39,920 nt of DNA from Acidilobaceae archaeon. GTDB lineage: Archaea; Thermoproteota; Thermoprotei_A; Sulfolobales; Acidilobaceae. Below the pieces are notes generated by a model. That model was not told the origin of the DNA, made no database searches, and worked only from the letters and a program-made list of their open reading frames with translations. Location: assembly GCA_027081695.1 (NCBI GenBank), contig JALWJI010000153.1, forward strand, positions 1 to 39,920, written 5' to 3'. Both the position numbers and the translations under genes were made by a program. Positions 9,171 to 18,302 of this stretch are shown here, in pieces; the stretch's first letter is position 1; each line of letters opens with the position of its first letter.

Positions 9171-10418
9171 TTGACGACAGGAGAAAAAAGACAGCCAGAA
9201 GTCAACATCGGTGTAGTGGGCCACGTAGACCATGGAAAGACAACGCTTGTTCAAGCACTCACAGGAGTATGGACTATGAGGCACAGCGAGGAGATACGCC
9301 GTGGAATGACTATAAAGCTAGGATATGCCGATGGAGAAGTTTGGGAATGTGAAGGATGCGGTTTTCCAGAACGATTCTCGCCAGAACCAGTGTGCGAGTG
9401 TAACCCCGGTGCCTCTCCTATTCTCAGAAGAAGGATCTCCTACGTAGATGCCCCCGGACACGAAATTCTCATGGCCACAATGCTTTCAGGAGCAGCACTA
9501 ATGGATGGAGCTATACTTGTAATAGCAGCGAACGAGCCTTGTCCACAGCCACAGACCAGAGAACACCTTGTTGCCCTCGAGATAATAGGCGTGGACAAAA
9601 TAATAATAGTACAAAACAAAGTTGACGTTGTCTCACCTGAAAGAGCACGTGAGAGCTATAATGAAATCAAAGAATTCGTGAAAGGAACAATAGCAGAAAA
9701 CGCGCCAATAATACCTGTTAGCGCCCTCAAACGCGCCAACATAGACGCCGTACTTGCCGCAATAGAAGAACTTGTACCTACGCCGGAAAGAGACCTAGAG
9801 AGCCCACCTCTTATGTTTATTGCTCGGAGCTTCGATGTAAACAGGCCCGGCACGCCTCCAGAACGACTAGTCGGAGGAGTTATTGGAGGAGGCATAATAC
9901 ACGGAGTCTTCCGCGTCGGACAAGAAATCGAGATTAGACCCGGGTTAATGACAAGGAAACCAGGAGGAAGAATAGAATACGAACCGATATACACTGAAAT
10001 AAGCAGTCTGCGATTCGGTAACATAGAAGTAGAAGAAGCAAAACCAGGAGGACTCGTCGCAATAGGAACCAAGCTAGATCCCGCACTAACAAAATCAGAC
10101 AACCTAGTAGGCAACGCCGTAGGTCTACCCGGAAAACTTCCTCCTACACTCGACCAGGTAAGAGTAGAATTTAAACTACTCGAGAGAGTCGTTGGACTTA
10201 AAGAAGCCGTAAAAGTAGAACCAATCAAAAAAGGAGAAATGCTAATGCTAACAGTAGGAACCTCTATAACACTAGGAATAACTACCAACGTAGGAAGCGA
10301 CTATTTCGAGGCCAAACTGAGAAGACCTATAGTAGCATGGGACGGAGCCCGCATCGCGATCAGCAGGAGGGTACATGGTAGATGGAGACTAGTAGGATGG
10401 GGACATGTCAGACTATAG
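9171..10418 (+). CDS. eif2g: Translation initiation factor aIF2 gamma subunit
   Basis: 415 aa with GHVDHGKTTL, DAPGHE, NKVD and the Cys-rich knuckle CEGCGF...CEC. TTG start. Confidence 0.95.
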   Translation: MTTGEKRQPEVNIGVVGHVDHGKTTLVQALTGVWTMRHSEEIRRGMTIKLGYADGEVWECEGCGFPERFSPEPVCECNPGASPILRRRISYVDAPGHEILMATMLSGAALMDGAILVIAANEPCPQPQTREHLVALEIIGVDKIIIVQNKVDVVSPERARESYNEIKEFVKGTIAENAPIIPVSALKRANIDAVLAAIEELVPTPERDLESPPLMFIARSFDVNRPGTPPERLVGGVIGGGIIHGVFRVGQEIEIRPGLMTRKPGGRIEYEPIYTEISSLRFGNIEVEEAKPGGLVAIGTKLDPALTKSDNLVGNAVGLPGKLPPTLDQVRVEFKLLERVVGLKEAVKVEPIKKGEMLMLTVGTSITLGITTNVGSDYFEAKLRRPIVAWDGARIAISRRVHGRWRLVGWGHVRL

Positions 10419-10864
10419 AAGAACCTAGAAACCTGCCATCCAATAAACTACTCGTACTCCTCGACACAAATTTCCTAATATACATGGCCAAAGGCCTTAT
10501 CGTGCCATCACAAATCTTAGAAACACTAGACTACGCATATTGCCTTCTAACTATAGCTCCTGTGAAAAAGGAACTCGAGACACTATCCAAATCAAACAAG
10601 CCTAAACTGGCCCGACTTGCGGCAAGAGCCTTAGAACTTCTCAGCCAGCTAAAAATTACGCTTCTAGATCTCCAGCTTAGTCCCGAGATCAAGGCTGACG
10701 ATGCTATCATACTGGCCGCACAACACCTCAAAAAACTTGGTTTCAACACGCTAATAGCAACCTGCGATAAGAGTATGCGTCGCAGAGCCAGAGCATTGGG
10801 AATCCCTACACTATACTATAGAGAATCAGAAGGAATCCTTGAGACTGACTGGGTTCCAATATAG
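10382..10864 (+). CDS. PIN-domain protein, Fcf1/Utp24-like (conserved partner of the aIF2-gamma/Rpo7 cluster)
   Basis: LVLLDTNFLIYM (first acidic PIN residue) and ATCD near the C-terminus. It sits between eif2g and rpo7, as in the conserved archaeal gene string. The start is probably ATG 10397, which gives less overlap with eif2g. Confidence 0.7.
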   Translation: METSRMGTCQTIEEPRNLPSNKLLVLLDTNFLIYMAKGLIVPSQILETLDYAYCLLTIAPVKKELETLSKSNKPKLARLAARALELLSQLKITLLDLQLSPEIKADDAIILAAQHLKKLGFNTLIATCDKSMRRRARALGIPTLYYRESEGILETDWVPI

Positions 10865-10924
10865 TATGCAAGTAAGTAGATAATACATAATTCGATCTAA
10901 AGACTACTTTATCGGAGAAGGGTA

Positions 10925-11713
10925 ATGCAGATGCAACAGGATCCAAAGCCGAGGTTAATTGTACATCCTCTATGCCCCACTAGTAAATCGCTCTTGCTTG
11001 ACCTGTATTCTAATAGCTATTTAGATAGAGTAGATTACGTGTTTCTAGATGATCCAAGATACCTTGACAAAGTAGAAGCATTCCCATGGGCTGTCCCAAT
11101 GCTTATAATCAATGATAACGGGCCTGTCGCAATGGATCCCCTAGATTATGATGAACTCTATGCTATTATAGAAGACTCCTATGACAGAGAAATAAACGAC
11201 GAGGATCAATTCAAAATATCCATACTTTATAGCTCCTATGCTAGTAGCATAAGTCTACTTTATGGTGGCGTAGAACCTCTTATATCGGAGAGTTTCCTAT
11301 ATCCAGCTCTACGTATAAAGATAAGAGACGTAGATTACGACGAGACTGTAAGAAATCTAAAATCCAAGGCGACAAGCATCTATAATAGTTTCAAAGAAAA
11401 AATTGCTCGGGCCCTCGCTATAACAATCGTAAGACACTTCTACTACAGCGGAATAACCGATCCAGACGAGCTGGAAAAATATTCAAAGACCTCTGTAGTT
11501 AATTCAATAATATTCTCTCTAGCTAGTATAGGCCGTGTAAACCTACCGACGCCACCCTATAAACCTGACATGGCTGAATACATCAGCGAGTTTATAGCTA
11601 GAAACCCGAAGGGACTACTAAGGAAAATAGAACGCGAGCACTATTCGATAATCGAGGATAAAGACTACATGAGACTCGTTGAAAAACTCAAGACAAAACA
11701 AAATAAGGAGTAA
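10925..11713 (+). CDS. Hypothetical protein (262 aa) with possible N-terminal thioredoxin-fold (CxxS) domain
   Basis: The N-terminus RLIVHPLCPTSKSLL...WAVPMLIINDNGPV resembles a glutaredoxin/thioredoxin-fold beta-alpha-beta with CPTS in place of CxxC and a cis-Pro-like VP. The remainder is helical with no motif recognised. Confidence 0.55.
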   Translation: MQMQQDPKPRLIVHPLCPTSKSLLLDLYSNSYLDRVDYVFLDDPRYLDKVEAFPWAVPMLIINDNGPVAMDPLDYDELYAIIEDSYDREINDEDQFKISILYSSYASSISLLYGGVEPLISESFLYPALRIKIRDVDYDETVRNLKSKATSIYNSFKEKIARALAITIVRHFYYSGITDPDELEKYSKTSVVNSIIFSLASIGRVNLPTPPYKPDMAEYISEFIARNPKGLLRKIEREHYSIIEDKDYMRLVEKLKTKQNKE

Positions 11714-11765
11714 AACGATACGCTTAATTTCACCTAGAACTCCCTGGTTTGAAAGGGTGGAGCGG

Positions 11766-12320
11766 TTGTACAAACTAGTAGAGATAGAAGAATGGATAGG
11801 AATATTGCCAGGAGCATACGAAGAAAATATTACAAACATCGTGTTAGAGGAACTAAGAAATAGGTTAGAAGGCCTAATCGATCCCGAGCTAGGAGTCATA
11901 CTTGCCGTGACAGAGGCATCCATAGTAAGCGACGGCGTTATACTTCCTGTTCCAGGAGACCCACGCATATTCTATAGAGTTAGATACAAGGTGTTATCAT
12001 TCAAGCCTATTCTGCTAGAAGTAGTAAAGGGCATCGTAAGAGAAGCCCGGCAACCAGGTATATTCATAAGTCTCGGGCCCATAGACGGATTCATCCATAA
12101 GAGCCAGATAATGGATGAGCCAGTAGAATATCTACCTGAGAGAAGAGGCTTCAGAGGCGTTCACTCTGGACGCGTCGTCGAGATAGGAGACCACGTCAGG
12201 GCAAGAATAGTACAAATAAGTAAACCAACTAAGAGGACCTCCGGGCTAAGAGTCGCTCTAACAATGCGCCAGCCATATCTAGGAAAAGAACAATGGGTTC
12301 TATCACAGCTCAAAGCATGA
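11766..12320 (+). CDS. rpo7: DNA-directed RNA polymerase subunit Rpo7 (RpoE')
   Basis: LYKLVEIEEWIGILP... N-terminus is typical of Rpo7. S1/OB domain present (GIFISLGPIDGFIHKSQI...GDHVRARIVQIS). The start is taken at in-frame TTG 11766 (GTG 11757 also possible). The listed ORF start 11679 would overlap the upstream gene. Confidence 0.85.
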   Translation: MYKLVEIEEWIGILPGAYEENITNIVLEELRNRLEGLIDPELGVILAVTEASIVSDGVILPVPGDPRIFYRVRYKVLSFKPILLEVVKGIVREARQPGIFISLGPIDGFIHKSQIMDEPVEYLPERRGFRGVHSGRVVEIGDHVRARIVQISKPTKRTSGLRVALTMRQPYLGKEQWVLSQLKA

Positions 12321-12340
12321 GATCCTAAGAGGTGGAAGAT

Positions 12341-12583
12341 ATGGCACCTGTAAGAAGAGCCCCGACAAGAAGACCCCCACTAAAAGCATGTAGGAGATGT
12401 GGAGGACTCGTTGACAGAGAGACAAGAGTATGCCCATACTGTGGATCAACCGATTTCACTGATAACTGGGAGGGTATGATTGTTGTCCTAGACCCTGAAA
12501 ACTCGCTAATAGCTAAGGAAACGGGAATCAACAAGAAAGGATACTTCGCAATAAAGGTTGCTGGGAGAGTTGTCAAACGATAA
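12341..12583 (+). CDS. spt4: Transcription elongation factor Spt4 (RpoE'')
   Basis: Zinc ribbon CRRCGG...CPYCGS followed by W.GMIVVLDPENSLIAK. ATG 12341 is preceded by GAGGTG. Confidence 0.85.
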   Translation: MAPVRRAPTRRPPLKACRRCGGLVDRETRVCPYCGSTDFTDNWEGMIVVLDPENSLIAKETGINKKGYFAIKVAGRVVKR

Positions 12584-13106
12584 AATACCGGTTTTCCAAC
12601 TACCCTTCGAACAAAGACCTGATTTCGCTAGATCAAGAGGATTACTAGTCACAGGAGATTTTACCAAGTACCTCGATCTGAAAGCTCCTACAATCGTCTG
12701 TGTTGGAGACGTTGTCTCCTCCTATTGTATAAGAATCGCAAAGAAGTACAATGGAAAGCTTATACTACTAGTTGATGGAAAAACTAGGAGAACCCAACAT
12801 CTAGGAATACTTGAAGCAAAAGGGATTAAACGGGTCAAAGTAAAGAACCCGCAGTCAACGATAGCAGTAAACGTATACGATCTATTATGCAGTCTTCTTA
12901 GCACTCATCAAGATGAAAGAGTAATAATAGAAGTTCAAGGAGAGGAAGATATGCTCGCCCTACCAGCAATCGCCTGCAGTCCAACTGGAGGAATAGTTGT
13001 TTATGGTATTCCAGGAAAAGGCGCCACAATTATAAGAGTAAATAAATGGATCTCGTATGAAGCGCGATCCAGGTTTCTTTCACTTGTACCCAAACTTGTT
13101 TCTTAA
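12558..13106 (+). CDS. DUF359 / GTP-dependent dephospho-CoA kinase family protein
   Basis: 182 aa with CVGDVVS and LLVDGKTRR motifs. It occupies the conserved position after spt4 in archaeal gene strings. TTG start overlaps the spt4 3' end. Confidence 0.65.
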   Translation: MLGELSNDKIPVFQLPFEQRPDFARSRGLLVTGDFTKYLDLKAPTIVCVGDVVSSYCIRIAKKYNGKLILLVDGKTRRTQHLGILEAKGIKRVKVKNPQSTIAVNVYDLLCSLLSTHQDERVIIEVQGEEDMLALPAIACSPTGGIVVYGIPGKGATIIRVNKWISYEARSRFLSLVPKLVS

Positions 13107-13174
13107 GGGAAAATGCTTCTCTCCGTGATACTTAATACTAATAACTCTTTTAACCATGCAAAACAGTCTGGGAT

Positions 13175-13543
13175 ATGGGAGGAGGTATGACGGGAATGAG
13201 CACACAAGCAAACATTAAGAGAATCGACTTCGAAGACGGAGTATGGGCAGAAGTAGTCAGAGACTTCTATAATCCTATAATTAAACGACGCGAGCTAACA
13301 CTCATAATCCACCACGTTCTCAAATCAACGCCTATGAGAATTAACCTAAGACTTGGCATCGCCGAAAAACTAGGAGTAGACCTACAAAGAGTTTATGTTA
13401 GGAGAATAGACTCAGAGTACGGAATCGGACGCTCTAAAGCAATAATCCACATATACGATAGCGTTGACAGAGTCAAAAAGTTCGAGCCAGAATACATAAT
13501 TGACAGAAACGGCGGAATAAACCCGTTCGAGGAAGAAGAATAG
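13175..13543 (+). CDS. rps24e: 30S ribosomal protein S24e
   Basis: ...VVRDFYNPIIKRRELTLIIHH...TPMRINLRLGIAEKLGVDLQRVYVRRIDSEYGIGRSKAIIHIYDS. The real start may be ATG 13187 or 13196, after GGAGGAGGT. Confidence 0.9.
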   Translation: MGGGMTGMSTQANIKRIDFEDGVWAEVVRDFYNPIIKRRELTLIIHHVLKSTPMRINLRLGIAEKLGVDLQRVYVRRIDSEYGIGRSKAIIHIYDSVDRVKKFEPEYIIDRNGGINPFEEEE

Positions 13544-13560
13544 CTATGAGGTGAACAGGT

Positions 13561-13743
13561 ATGGGTAAAAAGAAAGTAAAGGCTGCTGTCAGGCTCCTCT
13601 ACGAGATCGATGTAGACAACTGGACAATAAAGAGAAAGAACAAAATATGCCCCAAGTGCGGTAGTTTTATGGCACACCACCTAAAGCCCGTCGAGAGGTG
13701 GCATTGTGGAAAATGCGGCTACACAGAATTCGTCAAGAAATGA
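13561..13743 (+). CDS. rps27ae: 30S ribosomal protein S27ae
   Basis: 60 aa with zinc ribbon CPKCGSFM...[18 protein letters not shown] lies upstream. Confidence 0.9.
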   Translation: MGKKKVKAAVRLLYEIDVDNWTIKRKNKICPKCGSFMAHHLKPVERWHCGKCGYTEFVKK

Positions 13744-14767
13744 TAATGAGATAATCATATTAGGAATAGAGAGTACCGCACACACGTTTGGTGTCGGAAT
13801 AGTATCTTCCTCTAAACCATTTATTCTCGCCGATATAAGAAAACGATATACGCCGGAAAAAGGAGGAATTCTTCCCCGAGAAGTCGCCCAATACTTCTCT
13901 ACTGTAGCTTCAGATGCTATACACGAGGCCTTCAGAGTATCCGGTTTTTCTCCTAAAGATCTAAGCGCTGTAGCCGTCGCCCTAGGACCTGGTATGGGAC
14001 CTGCTCTCAGGGTCGGAGCCACAGTTGCACGCGCACTATCCTCTCACCTCAAAATACCCCTCATAGCAGTAAATCATGCCATTGCACACATTGAAATAGC
14101 GCGTTTTCTCACAGGACTCAAAGACCCAATAGTACTATATGTATCGGGAGGGAACACTACCGTAACGGCATATAATCATGGAACATATCGAGTCTTCGGA
14201 GAAACACTAGATATCGCGTTAGGAAACCTCCAAGATACTTTTGCCCGCGAGGTAGGTCTCGCACCTCCATATATAAGAAATGGAAGACACGTAATTGACC
14301 ACTGCGCAGACAATGGATCCTTCCTAGAAGATCTACCATACGTTGTAAAAGGCCAAGATGTCTCTTTCTCAGGTTTACTCACGGCAGCTGTAAGGAAATA
14401 CGAGAAATCCCCAAATCTCCTGCCCGATATATGCTATACCCTTCGAGAAATAGCGTATTCTAGTGTGGTCGAAGTAACTGAAAGAGGACTTGCACATTTA
14501 GGAAAAAAACAAGTAATAGTAACTGGTGGTGTCGCTGCAAGCGATTTTCTAAACGAAAAAGTTGAGATAATGGCGAAGTCGCATGATGCTAGCTTTATAC
14601 GGATCCCTAAAAAATATGCGGGCGATAATGGTGTTATGATAGCCCTCACAGGCCTATTAATGTATAGGCATGGCATTGGTTTCATTGAACCCTCAAAAGC
14701 ATTCATAAAACAACGGTGGAGACTCGATAAGGTGCCAGTGCCATGGTATCCCGACACCCTTGGCTAG
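13706..14767 (+). CDS. kae1: tRNA N6-adenosine threonylcarbamoyltransferase Kae1
   Basis: [25 protein letters not shown] (metal-binding His pair), VSGGNT, TGGVAAS and [11 protein letters not shown] start overlaps rps27ae by 38 nt. Confidence 0.9.
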   Translation: MENAATQNSSRNDNEIIILGIESTAHTFGVGIVSSSKPFILADIRKRYTPEKGGILPREVAQYFSTVASDAIHEAFRVSGFSPKDLSAVAVALGPGMGPALRVGATVARALSSHLKIPLIAVNHAIAHIEIARFLTGLKDPIVLYVSGGNTTVTAYNHGTYRVFGETLDIALGNLQDTFAREVGLAPPYIRNGRHVIDHCADNGSFLEDLPYVVKGQDVSFSGLLTAAVRKYEKSPNLLPDICYTLREIAYSSVVEVTERGLAHLGKKQVIVTGGVAASDFLNEKVEIMAKSHDASFIRIPKKYAGDNGVMIALTGLLMYRHGIGFIEPSKAFIKQRWRLDKVPVPWYPDTLG

Positions 14768-15450
14768 CCGAAGGAATCCTAGAATACATAAGAAGATACG
14801 AGCTCCTATCTAGAGGCGCAGAGTCGGAACTATATCTAGGATCGTTTCTTGGCCAGAGAGCAGTATTCAAGCTTCGTAGAAGGAAAAAATACATGGATCC
14901 CATGCTAGATAGAAAGATACGTAGAACCAGAACCTTCAAAGAAGCCCGTATAATTCTCCAGGCATACAAAGGAGGAGTCGCCACACCACGATTATTTGGC
15001 TTTTATCCGAGCCTCTATCTTTTAGTCCTCGAATATATTCCAGGGAAACGTATGAAGGATGTAATAGAAGAATCTAGTGATCTCGAATTAATAACACTTC
15101 TCTCAAGAAATGCAGGCTACCAACTAGGACAAGTTCATAGTTCTGGTATCGTACATGGCGACACAACTACGTCCAATTTCATTCTTTACAGGGATCAATT
15201 ATACGTAATAGATTTTGGTTTATCAGATTCCTCGAAAAATGTTGAAGACAGGGCCGTGGATCTTCACTTGTTCAGGAGATCTATAGAGAGTACACACGCT
15301 AAATATTCTGATATTATGTACTCGAGTTTCCTCGAAGGCTATAGGGAGAACATGGGTTCAATAGCAGAAGAAATAATAGAAAAAGCGGAAGAAATCAGGC
15401 TCAGAGGAAGATACATAGAAGAACGCCGTACCGTGTGGAGGGATATATAG
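14743..15450 (+). CDS. bud32: Kae1-associated kinase Bud32
   Basis: 235 aa RIO-like small kinase with SRGAESELY, IVHGDTTTSNFIL and VIDFGLS. Separate from kae1 but overlapping it by 25 nt. Confidence 0.85.
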   Translation: MVSRHPWLAEGILEYIRRYELLSRGAESELYLGSFLGQRAVFKLRRRKKYMDPMLDRKIRRTRTFKEARIILQAYKGGVATPRLFGFYPSLYLLVLEYIPGKRMKDVIEESSDLELITLLSRNAGYQLGQVHSSGIVHGDTTTSNFILYRDQLYVIDFGLSDSSKNVEDRAVDLHLFRRSIESTHAKYSDIMYSSFLEGYRENMGSIAEEIIEKAEEIRLRGRYIEERRTVWRDI

Positions 15451-16050
15451 TTGGAATGCTTGTATCTGGTAACTGGCAATGAAAACAAATACAAGGAGGC
15501 CTCAGAAATTCTCTCCGAGTATGGTATAAAGCTCTGTATGGCCAATATAGACAAATTAGAGATACAGAGTCCTAGACTTGAAGATATAGCACTCTTTGCA
15601 GCACGGATAGCGTTTTCCCAGTTGAAGAAACCATTAATCGTAGATGACTCAGGACTCTTCATTAATTCGCTTAAAGGATTTCCCGGACCCTATAGTAGCT
15701 ATGTTTACAAAACAATAGGATATGAAGGCATTCTAAAACTAATGTCCGATAAAGATAATAGACGTGCATGCTTTAAGACAGTAGCAGTACTTGTCTACCC
15801 GCCAATCGAAAAAATATTCGTCGGAGAAACCTGTGGATTTATAACAAATTCTCCTAGAGGAAGTGGAGGATTCGGTTTCGACCCAATATTTGTACCCGAA
15901 GGATCTAATCAAACCTATGCGGAGATGGGCATAGAAGAGAAAAACACTATATCTCATCGGGGAAAAGCCTTTAGAAAGCTAGGTCACTGGCTTGCCAAGA
16001 ACCTTTTTGGCTTTAAAGGAAATAACCCCGAGAACAACATAACAATATAA
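15451..16050 (+). CDS. Non-canonical purine NTP pyrophosphatase (HAM1/RdgB, ITPase)
   Basis: LVTGNENKYKEA, VDDSGLFI..L.GFPGPYS, GFGFDPIF and ISHRGKAF. TTG start. Confidence 0.85.
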   Translation: MECLYLVTGNENKYKEASEILSEYGIKLCMANIDKLEIQSPRLEDIALFAARIAFSQLKKPLIVDDSGLFINSLKGFPGPYSSYVYKTIGYEGILKLMSDKDNRRACFKTVAVLVYPPIEKIFVGETCGFITNSPRGSGGFGFDPIFVPEGSNQTYAEMGIEEKNTISHRGKAFRKLGHWLAKNLFGFKGNNPENNITI

Positions 16051-16062
16051 TGCATGTCTCGT

Positions 16063-16150
16063 GCGGGGGTGCCCGAGCCAGGGCGAAGGGGGCGGGCTCA
16101 AGACCCGTTGGCGTAGGCCGGCGTGGGTTCAAATCCCACCCCCCGCACCA
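16063..16150 (+). tRNA. tRNA-Leu (anticodon CAA), long variable arm, genomically encoded CCA
   Basis: Hand-folded. Acceptor GCGGGGG/CCCCCGC, anticodon stem gcggg/cccgt with loop cuCAAga, variable arm tggcgtaggccggc, T-arm gtggg-ttcaaat-cccac, discriminator A, then CCA. Confidence 0.9.
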
Positions 16151-16242
16151 TCCTATGCTGGTTCTTTTCTATCACAATCTATGAATCAAGCGACATTGAC
16201 TAATACAGAATGATTCTAGTTAATGAGATAAAAGAGGAATAT

Positions 16243-16319
16243 TGGTGGACCGGCCGGGATTTGAACCCGGGGCCTCCCGGATGCCAACCGGGCGCTCTTC
16301 CAGGCTGAGCTACCGGCCC
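16243..16319 (-). tRNA. tRNA-Ala (anticodon GGC), G3:U70 pair, genomically encoded CCA
   Basis: The reverse complement folds as GGGCCGG-TA-GCTC..GAGC-G-cccgg-ttGGCat-ccggg-aggcc-ccggg-ttcaaat-cccgg-CCGGTCC-A-CCA. Confidence 0.9.
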
Positions 16320-16362
16320 GATCGCGCTAGCTAGCCATAATCATATGTCAATCTCCTTAGAG

Positions 16363-16370
16363 ATATTAAG
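16363..16370 (+). promoter_or_regulatory. Possible TATA-like element for orc1/cdc6 (leaderless or short leader)
   Basis: atattaag followed by a T-run, approx. 20-25 nt upstream of GTG 16388. Weak. Confidence 0.25.
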
Positions 16371-16387
16371 TTTTTCCAAGTTAGAGC

Positions 16388-17692
16388 GTGTCTAATCCCT
16401 TATTACATCTCTTCACTACCACAGTTTCTTCTGGATCAGGTGAAGAAGGCTTGAACTCCCTAGACGAAATATTTGACTCGATAACAGATTCACCCATATT
16501 CAAGGACAGAGAAAAACTACTACCAGACTACATACCTGAGAGACTCGTCCACAGAGAACAAGAGCTAACAAGACTCGCCCAGACCCTAGCCGTAGCACTC
16601 AGAGGAGAGAGACCCAACAACATATTCATATACGGGTTAACTGGTACTGGAAAAACTGCCGCCGTAAAGCTAGTCACGAGAAAACTCTCTGATAGAGCCT
16701 CTACTAGAGGTGTCAGACTCTATCCTGTCTATATTAACGTAAGACAGCGAGATACCCCTTATAGGGTAATGAGCGATATCGCGGAAACTATCGGTCTGAG
16801 AATCCCCTTTACAGGACTAGCAACAAGCGAGGTTTTTAGAAGGTTCATGGCTAAGGCGAAGAGACTCCGCGGAATAATGGTAATTGTACTCGACGAGATA
16901 GATTTCCTCGTCAAGAAACACGGAGACGATATATTGTACAAGCTTCTAAGAGCAAATGAAGAGCTAGAAAACTTCAAGATCTCGATCGTAGGGATAACAA
17001 ACAGTATATCGTTCGTTGAAAACCTTGATCCTCGAGTAAAGAGCAGTCTCGGAGAAGAAGAAATAGTGTTCTCGCCATATAATGCCCAACAACTAAACGA
17101 TATCCTCTCAGAAAGAGCCTCCCTCGCATTCAAAGACGGTGTACTCGACGACGATGTAATACCTCTATGCGCAGCCCTAGCAGCAAGAGAACACGGTGAT
17201 GCGAGAAGAGCTCTCGACCTACTCAGAGTAGCAGGAGAAATTGCCGAGAGACAAGGAGACAGGAAAGTAACCTCACGGCACGTAATGGCTGCTAGAATAG
17301 AAATTGAACGTGATAGGGTAGTAGAAATAGTTAGAACCTTGCCCATGCACGGTAAATTAGTATTAGCTGCTGTGACTGCCATGACGAGAGGAGGCAAAAA
17401 CAAGACGACCACCGGCGAGGTTTACGACTACTATAGAAAATTAGTTGCTCGACTAGGAATCGAAGAAGTAACGTTTAGAAGAGTAAGCGGGATAATTGGA
17501 GAGCTAGATATGCTAGGGATAATTAGGACTCGTACTATTAGTAGGGGGCGGTATGGTAAAACACGATATATAGAGCTGGCCTCGAGCTACAAGCCGATTA
17601 TTGATGTACTCGCTGAAGACTCCTCGTTAGAATATATAGCTAGGAACCTTGAGGAGGTCATAAATGCCTCAGAGAATAGTCGTAGCCTGTGA
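16388..17692 (+). CDS. cdc6: Orc1/Cdc6 replication initiator
   Basis: 434 aa with LLPDYIPERLVHREQEL, Walker A GLTGTGKTA, Walker B VLDEID, sensor regions (GITN, GDARRALDLL) and a C-terminal winged helix. GTG start; a later start is possible. Confidence 0.9.
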   Translation: MSNPLLHLFTTTVSSGSGEEGLNSLDEIFDSITDSPIFKDREKLLPDYIPERLVHREQELTRLAQTLAVALRGERPNNIFIYGLTGTGKTAAVKLVTRKLSDRASTRGVRLYPVYINVRQRDTPYRVMSDIAETIGLRIPFTGLATSEVFRRFMAKAKRLRGIMVIVLDEIDFLVKKHGDDILYKLLRANEELENFKISIVGITNSISFVENLDPRVKSSLGEEEIVFSPYNAQQLNDILSERASLAFKDGVLDDDVIPLCAALAAREHGDARRALDLLRVAGEIAERQGDRKVTSRHVMAARIEIERDRVVEIVRTLPMHGKLVLAAVTAMTRGGKNKTTTGEVYDYYRKLVARLGIEEVTFRRVSGIIGELDMLGIIRTRTISRGRYGKTRYIELASSYKPIIDVLAEDSSLEYIARNLEEVINASENSRSL

Positions 17693-18242
17693 CGATGGAA
17701 TAGTGAATAAGCTAGGAGAAGGCACAACCATAGTAGCATGCACATTATACAACAAAAACCTGGGTCCCATACATGTAGGCTTCCTTCCCGTCAAAATAGA
17801 CGGGCTCGACGCAACTGGACAACTCCTCTATTTAATCAGTACACTAAGCGGCCTTTATTCCGATAACAAGGTTGAAGCCGTATTTTTTGATAGCCTCACA
17901 ATAGCAGGTTTCAACATAATATCTCCTGCCAGTATAAAGAAGCACCTTGGTTTACCTGTCATTGTACTATACAAGAGAAAACCAAACATCGATAAGATCA
18001 CCGATGCTGTTATCAAATACATAAGATATCCTGAAATTAGACTTAGAGTACTACGTCTCCTCGAGAACACTGTTGTACTTGATACAAAACAAGGAAAGCT
18101 CTACTCAATCCTCTACGGAATAGATCCTAAAAAAGCATTGTCAATTATAGAATATTACCAGCTATATTCGAGGATTCCTGAACCACTGAGATTTATAGAC
18201 TATTTTGCTTCCTCTATTTCTCGTTTATTACTCACCATGTAG
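17664..18242 (+). CDS. DUF99 / UPF0215 family protein (endonuclease-V-like fold family)
   Basis: 192 aa with VVACDDG, VKIDGLDAT, FDSLTIAGFNII and LGLPVIVLYKRKP. Overlaps the cdc6 3' end by 29 nt. Confidence 0.6.
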   Translation: MPQRIVVACDDGIVNKLGEGTTIVACTLYNKNLGPIHVGFLPVKIDGLDATGQLLYLISTLSGLYSDNKVEAVFFDSLTIAGFNIISPASIKKHLGLPVIVLYKRKPNIDKITDAVIKYIRYPEIRLRVLRLLENTVVLDTKQGKLYSILYGIDPKKALSIIEYYQLYSRIPEPLRFIDYFASSISRLLLTM

Positions 18243-18302
18243 TTATGCGTATATATTGTTGTTCTCTTCATATACAATTGAAGAAGAACAGAGCGTGATA
18301 AA

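Noticed and set aside
9656-10288. 210-aa minus-strand ORF
   Set aside because: Antisense shadow of aIF2-gamma.
10382-10864. PIN-domain gene as a VapC toxin of a toxin-antitoxin or defence module
   Set aside because: No small antitoxin ORF precedes it. It occupies the conserved housekeeping slot between eif2g and rpo7 that is typical of the Fcf1/Utp24-like rRNA-processing PIN family.
16151-16387. Region upstream of orc1/cdc6 as the replication origin
   Set aside because: It has no ORB dyad/G-string element and no extended AT-rich tract. The space is largely taken up by tRNA-Ala and the tRNA-Leu terminator T-run.
16759-17412. 217-aa minus-strand ORF
   Set aside because: Antisense shadow of orc1/cdc6.
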